From contig CAVZPN010000048.1 in assembly GCA_963777125.1 (NCBI GenBank), positions 1-64,000 of the forward strand: a stretch of DNA of 64,000 nucleotides, given 5' to 3'. Shown here piece by piece: positions 1 through 11,116 of this stretch. Every line of letters begins with the position of its first letter. The first letter of the stretch is position 1. The position numbers were made by a program, and so were the translations under genes. Below the pieces are notes generated by a model, which did not search any database, was not told the origin of the DNA, and saw nothing but the letters and a program-made list of their open reading frames with translations. This DNA is from an uncultured archaeon. GTDB taxonomy: Archaea; Nanobdellota; Nanobdellia; Woesearchaeales; UBA9642.

Positions 1-11
1 TTTTTTTTTTT

Positions 12-70
12 AGGTGCAGGTGCAGGTGCAGGTGCAGGTGCAGGTGCAGGTGCAGGTAAAGTGCAGGTTT
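12..70. repeat. Perfect hexamer microsatellite (AGGTGC)x7 plus degenerate copies, directly after a T11 run at the window start
   Basis: Direct reading of the sequence; tandem perfect hexamers. Confidence 0.9.
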
Positions 71-85
71 GTACATATGCCCGAG

Positions 86-126
<41 letters not shown>

Positions 127-141
127 GTTTTTTTTTTTGAT

Positions 142-170
142 CCCGCCCCCCCCCCCCCGCCCCCCCCACC
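142..170. repeat. Poly-C tract of about 28 nt interrupted by single G and A, preceded by a T12 run
   Basis: Direct reading; highly atypical for an AT-rich genome. Confidence 0.9.
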
Positions 171-206
171 GTTCTTTTTCTTATAATATTTTATGAGCTA
201 TATTAA

Positions 207-1025
207 CTATATCTTAAATAACATTTGTGCATTCTTATATAGAATGTATTCTTTATCTTCCTTAGAAACATTTGGAAGAGAATTTAAAAAATCAATATAA
301 CTCTTTTGAGAAAAAATATCAAAATCAGTACCAAAAACTAGTTTTCTAGGAGTATTACACCAAGCAATAAGCGCTATAACTTTTTGTCTTGCAATTTCAT
401 TATCTGTTTTTACTAAAGGAGTATTAGATGGATCATAAGATAATAATCCTGAAATATCACCATAAATATTTTTATGTTTTGAAATAATTAATGCAGCTTC
501 ATCAATCCAAGGATTACCAAGATGAGCCATTATTATTTTTAAATTAGGATATTTTACTGCAACATCATCAACATATAACGGACTAGCATAACGAACTAGG
601 GCATCCTTTGTTTTAGGAGTAATCCAATTATCTCCTGTATGAAAATATGCAGGAATATCGTATTTAATACATAACTCGTATAATTTTTCTGCTCTTTTAT
701 CGTTAGCAAAATAATGTTCATATCCTAAATAGAATTTTAATGCAATAAGTTTTTTAGCTTTTAATAATACTTCGATTTCTTTTAAATTTTTAGAAAAGTT
801 TTTTTTATCAGTAAGTTTCATTGAACCAATAATACGTAAATTAGGATAAGGTTCGAGTAGTTTACAAAATTCAGGTAAAGACCAAATTTTTTCAGTAGGA
901 TCAGCTGTTTTACCAAAAGGCCAATACATAACGCAAACTTGAGAAATATTATTTTTCTTCATACTAGCAAGTAAGAGAGGAATATCAGCATCACGAAAAA
1001 TATGAACGTGAGAATCAATAATCAT
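207..1025 (-). CDS. Amidohydrolase-2 family TIM-barrel metal-dependent hydrolase
   Basis: N-terminal DSHVHIF (D-x-H-x-H metal ligand motif), internal His/Asp ligands (AHLGNPWIDEA, FGTDFD), 272 aa. Confidence 0.5.
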   Translation of the reverse strand: MIIDSHVHIFRDADIPLLLASMKKNNISQVCVMYWPFGKTADPTEKIWSLPEFCKLLEPYPNLRIIGSMKLTDKKNFSKNLKEIEVLLKAKKLIALKFYLGYEHYFANDKRAEKLYELCIKYDIPAYFHTGDNWITPKTKDALVRYASPLYVDDVAVKYPNLKIIMAHLGNPWIDEAALIISKHKNIYGDISGLLSYDPSNTPLVKTDNEIARQKVIALIAWCNTPRKLVFGTDFDIFSQKSYIDFLNSLPNVSKEDKEYILYKNAQMLFKI

Positions 1026-1184
1026 ATGTTTAGGAATTATTAAACATATTTAAATAATTGTGACCACTTTTGAGTATAGTAAAAAAACGTAAAAAAAAGA
1101 AACTTTATAAAGGGGTTTATATATCTATTTAAAACATTCAAATTTTATTAAAGAAGGTTACATCCAAACGAAATCAGTAAATGC

Positions 1185-2279
1185 GTGAAACTATTCGTGG
1201 TGAAAGGGCCTCACACAAAGGTGAAAATGTCATATCGAAATTATTATAGCGGAGATTTAACTCCTAATTCAAAAACAAGTAATATTCATCCTACAAAAGG
1301 AATAAAGAACCTAATTCTCAAAGATATATTGGAAAATTACAATTTACTTAATGAAAAATATCCTAATTTAAACACACCTAATTTAACACCCACATATAAT
1401 CCTAAAGAAACACCATTATACGTAGCTGCCTTTACGTCAAATTCGGGAGCCATAACAGATAAGGCATTAGAATTACAAAATTACCTTCAAGAAGAAAGAG
1501 GAGATTCGCCCTTTAAAATAATTCACATATTTTCTGATTCTGAAGATCCAAAAGGTATTAATCCATTCTTTGAGCATTATAACGTCAAAGGAATGGCAAA
1601 AAAAAATAATATTTCATTAAAAATTAGAGACATGGATAAATACTACAAAAACTTAGGATATGAAAGTAAAAAAGATCCTAAATTATCAAAACATGATAGA
1701 ATGGAGATAAGAAAAGAATTTGATAGTGAAGTAGTACAAGATATTAATTCATTAGAAAATCAAGTTGAAGCAATAATATTCGATTATTACTGGAGTATAT
1801 GTACTCCGAAAATCACAAGTAATTATAAAACCATAAATACCCATTTAGGCGATCTTACAGTTCAAAATGAAAATAATAAAAGATTATTAAAAGGATTTTA
1901 TCCAGTAAGAAAAGCTATTTTTTTAGGATATGAAAATTTACATTCAACAACACATATGGTAGATGAACAAGTAGATAACGGCGATCTTTTAGTTAGATCT
2001 AAGCCACTCCATATGAACTTATGTGCTGATGCAGAAAGAATAAATATAACACTTCCTAAAGGAAGAGAAAGAGAATATCTTCAAGATCCAGAAAATAGTT
2101 TACAATTAGAACAATTAGAAAATTTCTATGAAGCAATAATGAGAAATTACTGTGATTCACAAATATTGCCTTTAAGTCTTCTTCTACTTTCAGAGGGCAG
2201 ATTTGCTAAAGATAAAGAAGGTAATACTTATTTTAACGGACACCAATACAAAAAAGCAGTAAATATAAATCAAGATTAA
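1185..2279 (+). CDS. Formyltransferase-domain protein (PurN/Fmt-like fold) with long N-terminal extension
   Basis: INTHLGDL (N-x-H-x-x-L-L-P-like) and TTHMVDEQVDNGDLLV (G-x-T-x-H-x-V-x-x-x-D-x-G-x-I-like) motifs; weak. Confidence 0.35.
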   Translation: MKLFVVKGPHTKVKMSYRNYYSGDLTPNSKTSNIHPTKGIKNLILKDILENYNLLNEKYPNLNTPNLTPTYNPKETPLYVAAFTSNSGAITDKALELQNYLQEERGDSPFKIIHIFSDSEDPKGINPFFEHYNVKGMAKKNNISLKIRDMDKYYKNLGYESKKDPKLSKHDRMEIRKEFDSEVVQDINSLENQVEAIIFDYYWSICTPKITSNYKTINTHLGDLTVQNENNKRLLKGFYPVRKAIFLGYENLHSTTHMVDEQVDNGDLLVRSKPLHMNLCADAERINITLPKGREREYLQDPENSLQLEQLENFYEAIMRNYCDSQILPLSLLLLSEGRFAKDKEGNTYFNGHQYKKAVNINQD

Positions 2280-2317
2280 AAAAAACATAAAATAATTTAG
2301 TCAATATTCAATAGTAT

Positions 2318-2698
2318 TTATTTCTTACCTAAACCAACTGCATATATTCCGTATTCTTCAATTCTCTCTTTGTATCCTGGTAAACTATGATATAATGCTA
2401 CGGCTTCATCTGTTGAATTTAATTCTGGAAGTACTCTACTTAATCCTTCATAAAATATCATTTCATCAACAGAATCATATTTTCTATTATATAGAGCAGT
2501 AAATTCTAATGGTTTAATACTTTCTATTGGTTTAAAATCTAATCCTACAACTCTTATAGAAATATTATCTCCTTCAACTATCTTATGATAATGTTTTTCA
2601 GGTTTTCTCATGTCAGGAACTCTTCCTTCAACTTCTTTACCCTTATCTTTTATTTTATCATAATTTTCTTTAAATATATCAAATACCCAATCTGCCAT
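2318..2698 (-). CDS. Hypothetical protein
   Basis: Intact 126-aa ORF, purine-rich coding strand typical of this window. Confidence 0.4.
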   Translation of the reverse strand: MADWVFDIFKENYDKIKDKGKEVEGRVPDMRKPEKHYHKIVEGDNISIRVVGLDFKPIESIKPLEFTALYNRKYDSVDEMIFYEGLSRVLPELNSTDEAVALYHSLPGYKERIEEYGIYAVGLGKK

Positions 2699-2910
2699 TT
2701 TTTCACACCCCTCACCCCAATTATAAGAGACTAAAAAATATAATTACAAAATTAATATATTTAAGTTTCAATACTTCAAAATTTTGTAATCTATTTAAAT
2801 TTTTCCAGTATAGAGTATTAAACGTAATAAATATAACAACCAATATCGTTAGTTACTGTAAAGTGATAAAAATAGTAAAGTATTTAAATATTTAAAGTAT
2901 TACTAAAAGT

Positions 2911-4440
2911 ATGTTTTATTCAGAAGAAGAAGCTCAAAAAAAAGACAAAGAAATAAATATAATACATACCAGCGAAAAAAGAGAATTATCGCTATGCCAA
3001 TATAATAGTCTATCCTGTGTTAGATGTTGTTTACCTCATATAGGAGGAGATTATCCTCACGGAATAAACGATAAAGAATTATATACTATATTAAATAATG
3101 ATAAAAAGAAATGGCGTACCGAATTTGAAAATCAATATGTTGGTCCGAAAGGTATTAGATTAAAATTTGTAAACATACATCCATTAGTAAGTCCTGGAAT
3201 GGTTGCATCACATTACGAAAATTCATTCGAAGATATTGGAAAAGAAGAAATGGAGAAACGTTTTAAAAAACGACGAGAAGTATTTCTTAAAAAATATAAT
3301 CCCAAAAATGCAAATAAAACATTAGAAAGTTATATGAATGCTATAAAAAAAGAAGAAAAATATTCATTTAAAAAAGAAGATATAGGTTCTGGCTTATTTA
3401 CATTATTTTTTGGCGGAGATAATCATGTTGACCCGAAACATTTACCTGAATGTCAATTACTAGCAAACGTCGGTGATAAAAAAGGTTGTTTAGCACACCC
3501 GCTAGCACCTGAAAGTCAAGGCATAGATGGTAGAGAACTAGTTGGATTCTTTAAAAAAACAGATAGTTGTACAAAAGCTAGTTGTAATTGGACGGAGGAA
3601 TTTAAATATTTAAGTGATTCAGCATTAAAGGTTTTTGATAAAGCCATTCAAGGAATGTCGTGGTACGAATATAGCAGACATTCTACTGCAGTAATGGTTG
3701 CATATTTACGTGTTTATGATTTTATATTTGAAAAAATGGATACGCAAGGTAAACTTGAAAATAAATCACTAGAAGAATTAACACAATTTACAAATGAAGT
3801 ATCAAATAAGTGGAAATTTAGCAAACCTTCTGGACCTTATAAATCAGAAAATGGACCTATAGAAGAAAATTGGACTATACCCACGCATTATGCCTCTGGA
3901 AAAATAATCTCCACTAAAAAAAATATCGATATTCTTATAGGCACATTTGAAGAATATCATAACTATAATATTATGTGCGATACATATTGGGCATCAAAAG
4001 AAAAAAAAGAAGAAAATAAAACGGCTTATGAAACTTTAAGAAGCAATATCATAAAACAAATGAATTATACTGTTGTTAGTACCAAACAAGGATATAAATT
4101 TATATTCGATAAAAAGCACGTAATTCATATCGATTTAGAAGGTAATAAACCGAAATTCAGAGAGGAAGAATACGAATTTATACAAAGAATAGGTTATTCA
4201 ACATATAATACTATGACTGCATTAGAATTAGGTAAAGATGAAATACTAAATAATTTAAGACACGCCATATCTGGATATAATTATAATACTAAAACGTATA
4301 TTGATTCCTACACGTTAAATATTCCTATTAAAGAAAAACTATTATACATTGGTTTAAATACAAATTTTTCTAAACATTATGACAAACAAGTACCTATATT
4401 TAGAGAAGAAATAGAACAAATAATTAATAATTTTAAATAA
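2911..4440 (+). CDS. Hypothetical protein, 509 aa, with an N-terminal Cys cluster (C-x7-C-x2-CC)
   Basis: Long intact ORF; no recognisable catalytic motif. Confidence 0.45.
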   Translation: MFYSEEEAQKKDKEINIIHTSEKRELSLCQYNSLSCVRCCLPHIGGDYPHGINDKELYTILNNDKKKWRTEFENQYVGPKGIRLKFVNIHPLVSPGMVASHYENSFEDIGKEEMEKRFKKRREVFLKKYNPKNANKTLESYMNAIKKEEKYSFKKEDIGSGLFTLFFGGDNHVDPKHLPECQLLANVGDKKGCLAHPLAPESQGIDGRELVGFFKKTDSCTKASCNWTEEFKYLSDSALKVFDKAIQGMSWYEYSRHSTAVMVAYLRVYDFIFEKMDTQGKLENKSLEELTQFTNEVSNKWKFSKPSGPYKSENGPIEENWTIPTHYASGKIISTKKNIDILIGTFEEYHNYNIMCDTYWASKEKKEENKTAYETLRSNIIKQMNYTVVSTKQGYKFIFDKKHVIHIDLEGNKPKFREEEYEFIQRIGYSTYNTMTALELGKDEILNNLRHAISGYNYNTKTYIDSYTLNIPIKEKLLYIGLNTNFSKHYDKQVPIFREEIEQIINNFK

Positions 4441-4500
4441 AATAACTTATTCAAGAAAAATTAAAAATAATAAAAATATATTCAATAATATCAGTGACGA

Positions 4501-5238
4501 TTAATCATTCTCGATTCTTGGTGCTAGAATAAATACCATTTGTATTTTATCTAATTCCTTGTATTCAAGTTTCAATGGATAATCCTTATTGAATTGTATT
4601 GATACAACGCTACTTATTTTTGAACCTTGAATCATTTTCTTTAAATATTCAATTGAATACTTTGACTTCATTTTTTCTTGTGATTCAATTATTACACCAT
4701 CACTTGAAACTATATCAACAGTTGCTTTTCCAGTATCACCATTTGCACTGACAATAAATTTCTTATCTTCAGATTGGAACATTACTGATTCAGCAACAAT
4801 TTCAACATCTTCAATTGCATCATTTAACATACTTGAAGGACATTTAATTAATGTCTTAAATTTCAAATCTGGTTCTTTGTGATCTTTTTCTTGTTGATCA
4901 ATTAATGGCAAGTAGAATGTTCTAACAGTTGAACCTGTTAAGATTAATTTTAACTTATTTTCTGATAATTCGAGTGTTAAAGTATCATTGCCCTTAATTC
5001 TTCTTAATACTTGTTTTAAATTATTAAGATTAATTGCAATTTCGCTTTCTTCTTTAATACTATATTCGATAAATGCAGAATTTAATAATTTAAATATTAC
5101 CATCGCAACATTTGCCGGATCCATAGCAATCATTTCAATGCCATTTTTTCCAATCTTGAATTTTGCTTCTGTAACTAAATCAGAAATTATTGTTATTGGT
5201 TCTTTTATTAGTTTTGTTTCAGCTAATACTAATTTCAT
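4501..5238 (-). CDS. pcn: DNA polymerase sliding clamp PCNA
   Basis: 245 aa; archaeal PCNA-like N-terminus (MKLV..AE.KLIKE..TIISDLVTEAKFKI...GIEM.AMDPANVAMV) and two-domain length. Confidence 0.8.
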   Translation of the reverse strand: MKLVLAETKLIKEPITIISDLVTEAKFKIGKNGIEMIAMDPANVAMVIFKLLNSAFIEYSIKEESEIAINLNNLKQVLRRIKGNDTLTLELSENKLKLILTGSTVRTFYLPLIDQQEKDHKEPDLKFKTLIKCPSSMLNDAIEDVEIVAESVMFQSEDKKFIVSANGDTGKATVDIVSSDGVIIESQEKMKSKYSIEYLKKMIQGSKISSVVSIQFNKDYPLKLEYKELDKIQMVFILAPRIEND

Positions 5239-5328
5239 ATGTAACGCCCCCGAAAATGTAAGTTATAAGAATATAAACACTTATTACTTTAAAAATTTGA
5301 TTGTAAAAACAGTAGAATATTTATCTAA

Positions 5329-6018
5329 TTATTTCCTAAATTCATTAGGTAAGAATAATTTTGGCGCTCCTGGAACAATATGATGTTTTGTACATCTAGC
5401 TTCATAAGATAAATCACTTTTAACACTTTTTTTAACTCCCATCTTCTCAACCTTATGTATAATATCCGTATAAGGTGCCGGATCACCCTTAATAAATCGT
5501 TGTGTACGCGTAGCACGCATACCACAACCATAAACTTCTCCAGAAGCATTTTTTTCAGTATACTGACATATAGCATATAATGGAGTAACAACATCAGCAC
5601 GAAGAATAAAATAAGGCATCACACTGTAGGGTTCACCTCTAAAATCTAAATTAAGACCTGTTAATATGACGTTCATTTTATCATCTAATAGTTGATTAAT
5701 TACAGGTATTAATTTTTCATCAAAAAATTGAGCCTCATCAATTGCAACAACCTTAACCTTAGTATCAAGATGTTTAAATAAATCCCAAGGTGTTTCTTCA
5801 GAAAGTTCTATTGCATCTATGTACATACCGCCACCAATTCTAGAATATATTTTACCCGGAGTTCTTTCATCCTTGATTGGTTTAAACGCCTCATATCTAG
5901 AATTTGGAACATAATTAACTGAAGAAATACGTGATATTAACTTATCACCTTTACCAGAATTCATAGGACCATAATATACTTCAAGTATTCCTGGATTAAT
6001 ATTATATAACAAGTCCAT
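5329..6018 (-). CDS. tdk: Thymidine kinase
   Basis: P-loop GPMNSGKG, VVAIDEAQFF, LTGLNLDFRGEP, C-terminal Cys/His zinc region. Confidence 0.85.
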   Translation of the reverse strand: MDLLYNINPGILEVYYGPMNSGKGDKLISRISSVNYVPNSRYEAFKPIKDERTPGKIYSRIGGGMYIDAIELSEETPWDLFKHLDTKVKVVAIDEAQFFDEKLIPVINQLLDDKMNVILTGLNLDFRGEPYSVMPYFILRADVVTPLYAICQYTEKNASGEVYGCGMRATRTQRFIKGDPAPYTDIIHKVEKMGVKKSVKSDLSYEARCTKHHIVPGAPKLFLPNEFRK

Positions 6019-6162
6019 AATTCACATAATCAACTATTCTTTAAAAATATTGCCGTGTAGTCACCAATATAGTGTAACGCATAAATCCTTACTTAAGTAA
6101 AATATTACCACCTAATCTAACATATTGATAACATTTTTAAAAAAGGATTATAGCAACTCATT

Positions 6163-7992
6163 ATGAAATCTAAAACTACAACTAAACTAACACAATCGAT
6201 AAAATCAAATTCACAATCCAATAATTCTAAGACGCAAGGAGAAGTGTGGGAACTTGAATCTTTACTTGCAAATAAAAGTTCAGATGAATGGATACAAGCA
6301 ATACTTCCAAAAGTAGAAAAATTTAAGCAATATAGATCAATATTAACAGATAAAATAACACCTCAAAAAATACTTGAAATAATAAAACTCGAAGAAGAAA
6401 TATCAATTGATAGTTCAAGAGTCGGCGCATATTATTCTTTAAAGACACAAGAAAATACTCAAGACCAAAATGCACTTGCAAAACTTACACAATTAAGTAA
6501 CATCGGCACAGAAATAGGAAACGATATGATGTTTTTCGGATTATGGTTTATGCATTTAAATGACAAAGTAGCAGGTAATCTATTAAAATCTAAAGAATTA
6601 CAACCATATAAATATCATCTAGAATCATTAAGAAAAGAAAAACCTTACACTAAAAGCGAAGAAATAGAACAAATAATGGAATTAAAAGATGTAGCAGGCG
6701 GCGATGCACATGCAGGAATATACGGAATTATAACAGATAAATATTCGTTTAAATGGAATAATAAAATGCTTACAAGAGAAGAAGTTATAAAATTTGTAAG
6801 AGAAGAAAACCCTAAAAATCGAGAAAAAGCATATGAATTAGTATTAAGTAAATATAAAGAAGATAGTTTAGTACTTTCAGAATTATACAAAAATATAGTT
6901 ATGGATTGGTATAATGAAGGAGTAAAAATAAGAAAATATCCGACAAGTATTAGCGTTAGAAATAATGATTATGATGTTACAGATAAATCTGTTGAAGTAT
7001 TACTAAATACAATTCAAAAGAATGCTAAAGTATTTCAAGACTATTTCAAAATAAAATACGAATTAAATAAAAAAGCAGGTCAAAAATATCCCTTCTCAAG
7101 ATATCACCTATATGCACCATTTATTACAAAAAATAAAAAGAAATATGATTATAATTATAGCAAAGAATACGTACTAAATATGTTTAAAGAATTTGATGTA
7201 AGATTCTACGATAATGCTCAAAAGATATTTGACGCAAAACATGTTCATAGTCATCCAAAACCAAATAAACATGGTGGCGCATTCTGTTATGATGTAATGA
7301 AAGGACTTGAACCATATATATTATTAAATCATACAGATGGACTTCGAGATGCATTTGTAATTGCACATGAATTCGGTCATGGAATTCATGATATGTTTGC
7401 AACAGAAAAACAATCACACTTAGAAAGACACGCGTCTTTAACAATATGCGAAACAGCATCAGTATTTAGCGAGATGTTACTTGCAAATAAATTAAAGACG
7501 GAAACAAAAAATATTGAAGAGAAAAAGCAAATAATAGTTGAATTACTAGATAATCAATACGCAACTATTGCAAGACAAGCATACTTCGTATTATTTGAAA
7601 AATACGCACATGAACAAATACCTAAAGGTATAACAAAAGAAGCACTTGATGATTATTATATGGGTTTACTAAAAGAACAATTCGGCACTATGCAAGTTCC
7701 AGACGTATTCAAACATGAATGGAATTACATTCCGCACATTCACAATAGTCCATTCTATTGTTATTCATATGCATGGGGTAATTTATTTGTATTATCATTA
7801 TATGATATGTATACTAAAGATCAAAATGGATTTAAAGAGAAATATATTGAATTATTAAGTGCTGGAGGAAGCGACAGTCCAAATAATTTAATGAAAAAGT
7901 TAGGAATAGATCCTGAAAGCGAAGAATTCTGGCAAAAAGGATTTAATATAATAAAGACTGAAGTAGCAGAACTTGAGAAACTTGCAAAGTAA
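6163..7992 (+). CDS. pepF: Oligoendopeptidase F (M3B family zinc metallopeptidase)
   Basis: HEFGHGIH HExxH zinc motif, 609 aa, M3-like architecture. Confidence 0.8.
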   Translation: MKSKTTTKLTQSIKSNSQSNNSKTQGEVWELESLLANKSSDEWIQAILPKVEKFKQYRSILTDKITPQKILEIIKLEEEISIDSSRVGAYYSLKTQENTQDQNALAKLTQLSNIGTEIGNDMMFFGLWFMHLNDKVAGNLLKSKELQPYKYHLESLRKEKPYTKSEEIEQIMELKDVAGGDAHAGIYGIITDKYSFKWNNKMLTREEVIKFVREENPKNREKAYELVLSKYKEDSLVLSELYKNIVMDWYNEGVKIRKYPTSISVRNNDYDVTDKSVEVLLNTIQKNAKVFQDYFKIKYELNKKAGQKYPFSRYHLYAPFITKNKKKYDYNYSKEYVLNMFKEFDVRFYDNAQKIFDAKHVHSHPKPNKHGGAFCYDVMKGLEPYILLNHTDGLRDAFVIAHEFGHGIHDMFATEKQSHLERHASLTICETASVFSEMLLANKLKTETKNIEEKKQIIVELLDNQYATIARQAYFVLFEKYAHEQIPKGITKEALDDYYMGLLKEQFGTMQVPDVFKHEWNYIPHIHNSPFYCYSYAWGNLFVLSLYDMYTKDQNGFKEKYIELLSAGGSDSPNNLMKKLGIDPESEEFWQKGFNIIKTEVAELEKLAK

Positions 7993-8018
7993 AAAATAAG
8001 TTAAAAACACAAATATAT

Positions 8019-8954
8019 CTATCTTACAAGTTGAACTTTTGTCTTAGCCGGAGATATTATCACATTTGCTCCTGCATTAAATGAGATATAATCTTTTTCT
8101 ATACCATCACTAAATATTACTCCATCTTCAGTCATATTAGAAATAATATTTAATGAATTGTCTTTAGTAACGTAGCCAGTTATCATATTGCATCCTGTTG
8201 TTTTTGATGGAAAGGGTTCTCGTACAAAATATTTTAAATAATTACTATTTCGCTCAAAATTTTCTCGTTCATAATTAGCAATACTATTAGGTTTTGCAAT
8301 ACCATATGCTCCAGTAATTATTGCTTTCATCCACGCAGTTGAGCCTGTACCAGTTGACACAACAACACCACTAGATGATTGCATTTCATTAATGTTATTC
8401 TGAGAAAGAGTATATTTGGCACTTACATGAGTTTTTCTACCAATAAATAAATCGTTTAGTGCTAGCATTTTTTGTCCATCATCAAGTGTTGCCTCGGCCA
8501 TTGTAAGTTCTTCTATCTTTGCATTTCCAGAAAATACTTTAGAAATTACTTTTCCAAGTTCTTTAGGTTTACAAGTGGTAAAAACATTATCACATTTTTC
8601 TGGTTCTCCATTAATACTAATTATTGGTTGTAAACCCACATATTTTGCAACATTAACAAATAAACCTGGATCGCCAACAACTACAACAATATCATGATCG
8701 TCAAATTGATGTGTAGAAACTAATGATTTGTCGACCATTTGCGTTCTATAACTAGCAAGTAATTTGTTAATTATCTCATCAACAGTAATCTTGTACTCGT
8801 TGTGAGAATTTAAATAACTATTAAAATCTTTACCACGACTTTCCAAATAAAAACGTGCCTCAGAGGTTGTTGCATGTTCAAGTAGCAATTCCTCGAGAGC
8901 AGTTTTCTTTGTTACAACAATTATTTTATCAAGAACCATAAGTTCACCTTCCAA
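8019..8954 (-). CDS. NAD kinase-like (ATP-NAD/DAG kinase fold) protein
   Basis: VVVVGDPGLF (variant of the GGDG motif), NDLFIGRK...VVVSTGTGSTAWMKA matching the NadK D-G-x-x-x-S-T-P-T-G-S-T-A-Y motif. Confidence 0.55.
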   Translation of the reverse strand: MEGELMVLDKIIVVTKKTALEELLLEHATTSEARFYLESRGKDFNSYLNSHNEYKITVDEIINKLLASYRTQMVDKSLVSTHQFDDHDIVVVVGDPGLFVNVAKYVGLQPIISINGEPEKCDNVFTTCKPKELGKVISKVFSGNAKIEELTMAEATLDDGQKMLALNDLFIGRKTHVSAKYTLSQNNINEMQSSSGVVVSTGTGSTAWMKAIITGAYGIAKPNSIANYERENFERNSNYLKYFVREPFPSKTTGCNMITGYVTKDNSLNIISNMTEDGVIFSDGIEKDYISFNAGANVIISPAKTKVQLVR

Positions 8955-8961
8955 TAAGTTC

Positions 8962-9828
8962 TTAACGATTAGTATCTGCTGTGGTGAGTAAACCCGAACT
9001 AAATGCTAGTGTTGTTACATTTTGCGCGTTCTTACCTAATGCAATTAAAGCGTGTGCTTTTAGAGTATCCGAATCCATCCCACTATATATATCAAGGCCC
9101 ATTTTCAGAATATCTGCTTGATATGCACCTTCTTTTCTAGCGTTAAATTCTTGAAGTTCAATTAACTCTTTTCGTCTAGTCTCTAGCGCAATAGTATTAT
9201 TTAACTCATTTTCTTTTATTTGTTTTTCTTGCATTACGGCATTTGCACGTCTTTCGTATGTTGCTTTATTTTCTACAGTTAATAATTCTTCTCGATATAC
9301 TGCGCCTAAAGCTTTTGCAATTGCAGGTTCTGGAGTTATTTGATTTACATAAATTGTTTGAACACTTAATCCCAAATTAGAAAGTATAGAAGAAGCAGTT
9401 ATTTTTTTAGAAATTTCTTCAGCTAAATTTTCACTTTGTTTTAACATATCTTCAAGAGATGTTTTTTGTATATATTGTTTTGCAACACCTCTAATACTAT
9501 TTGTTATTTGTTCAGAAATCTCATTAAAATCTCCTTTATAGTTTTTTTGTCTTGGATTAATTGTACAATTAAAATTACTCAATACCTTATCAGGAACATT
9601 TGCATTATAAATATAACTTCCTTGTATTGTTACTTGTTGATTATCTGATGTTACTTCTGGAAAACTATAGGGTTGATTCATTAAACTAGTATTCACGATT
9701 TCAACAGTTGTTTTAAATGGCCAAATTAATGCTGAAAGTCCCTTCTCTTCGGCTTTGACTTTTCCACCAACAGTTATTCTACAGTATTCATTTGGGTTTG
9801 CTTTAAAATACATTACAGGTAGGTCCAT
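8962..9828 (-). CDS. SPFH/band-7-like protein with C-terminal coiled coil
   Basis: Domain-level resemblance to the stomatin/flotillin family; coiled-coil C-terminus; weak. Confidence 0.4.
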   Translation of the reverse strand: MDLPVMYFKANPNEYCRITVGGKVKAEEKGLSALIWPFKTTVEIVNTSLMNQPYSFPEVTSDNQQVTIQGSYIYNANVPDKVLSNFNCTINPRQKNYKGDFNEISEQITNSIRGVAKQYIQKTSLEDMLKQSENLAEEISKKITASSILSNLGLSVQTIYVNQITPEPAIAKALGAVYREELLTVENKATYERRANAVMQEKQIKENELNNTIALETRRKELIELQEFNARKEGAYQADILKMGLDIYSGMDSDTLKAHALIALGKNAQNVTTLAFSSGLLTTADTNR

Positions 9829-10132
9829 TTTAATTCCTCCTCAAGTAAATATTATTTACAAATTGTTTAAACCATACATAAATGATTAAATTAATTTTAC
9901 AAAATTAGTTTAATTTAATTTCGTTGATTTATTTAATTTACTTGTTAGTGTAATGTATACACTAACTCATATATATACTTTTCGCAAGGGTTTATAAATG
10001 AAATTGTAAAAAAGACACTAAGTAGACTTCCTTTTATAAATGAACTAGATAAATTACAAACTAATAATAGATTATATATTAAACCGAAATATACTAGACA
10101 AATAATTTAACAAATACTAAAATTAAAACTAT

Positions 10133-10987
10133 TCAAACATTTAATTGCATTTCTATCTCAAGTATATCAAAGAACAATTCTGCAATTGCGGCTAGATAAA
10201 TATCAGTTGATTTTAACATATTCTGCGAATCTGTTTCTATCGCAAATAATGTTTTTTCATTATAATTATAATGTAAACTAAACGTTTGTTTATATAATCC
10301 TAAAATTGCATTCAACTCAGAAATCTTATTATTCTTTGATTTAGAAATGGAATTTAGGTAAATACAAATATTATCCGTCATCATTTCAAGTAATTTAATA
10401 TATGTATGTAATATACTTGTTTTAACTTGATTTGAATACCCGAACTTGTTTAATTGTCTAAAACAATAACTTGCATAACTATTAATATGATAATCTCTTT
10501 TTTTCATTGATTTTAATACATCAAAATCTTTAGATTTTATTGCATCAATACTGTCTTCCAGAATAGTTGTAGTTATGTGAAATATTCTTGTTAGCATCTT
10601 ATCAAAATTTTCACTTGGAACATCGGCAATATCAACTAGTCTCACAATATTTTTTCGTTCTTCTTCAATAATTAGTCCTGGAAAAAACTTTATTATTGTG
10701 CCAATAAGTGCTGATTGATTGCTATCTCTTGTAAGAAGAGTGATATTATCATAACCTGCAATATATAATGCATCAAAATATCTCCAAATCAACTTATCTG
10801 AAAAGCCTTTAACATTAACGGTTATTTCTTTCTCTGTTTTTTTACTAAAAGCAGATATAATTAACTTATTTTCTTGTTCATCTAAAAATATTGACTTGCC
10901 CTTCGATAATTTATTCTTTTTTATCCAAGAAGATGGCAGCGATATAACTGAAGTTGAAGGCGATAATTGAATTAATTTACGTTGCAT
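10133..10987 (-). CDS. AbrB/SpoVT-type N-terminal domain fused to a PhoU-like helical domain (phosphate uptake regulator-like)
   Basis: N-terminus RKLIQLSPSTSVISLPSSWIKKNKLSKGKSIFL typical of swapped-hairpin AbrB domains found on archaeal PhoU homologues. Confidence 0.45.
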   Translation of the reverse strand: MQRKLIQLSPSTSVISLPSSWIKKNKLSKGKSIFLDEQENKLIISAFSKKTEKEITVNVKGFSDKLIWRYFDALYIAGYDNITLLTRDSNQSALIGTIIKFFPGLIIEEERKNIVRLVDIADVPSENFDKMLTRIFHITTTILEDSIDAIKSKDFDVLKSMKKRDYHINSYASYCFRQLNKFGYSNQVKTSILHTYIKLLEMMTDNICIYLNSISKSKNNKISELNAILGLYKQTFSLHYNYNEKTLFAIETDSQNMLKSTDIYLAAIAELFFDILEIEMQLNV

Positions 10988-11116
10988 AGATACAAGAATT
11001 CATCTTAAATTTATATATCTTTCTAAAATATATACTTTTATTGTAAGTATAACTAATTAACTTAGTATATATAGTATAAGGAAAAAGCTTAACTATTATC
11101 TTAATTAACTATTATT

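Noticed and set aside
4988-5600. ORFs 4988-5383 (+) and 5325-5600 (-)
   Set aside because: They lie antisense to or overlapping the well-supported PCNA and thymidine kinase genes, with hydrophobic low-complexity translations typical of antisense frames in AT-rich DNA.
6645-7459. Minus-strand ORFs 6645-6890 and 7184-7459
   Set aside because: Antisense to the oligoendopeptidase F gene; spurious.
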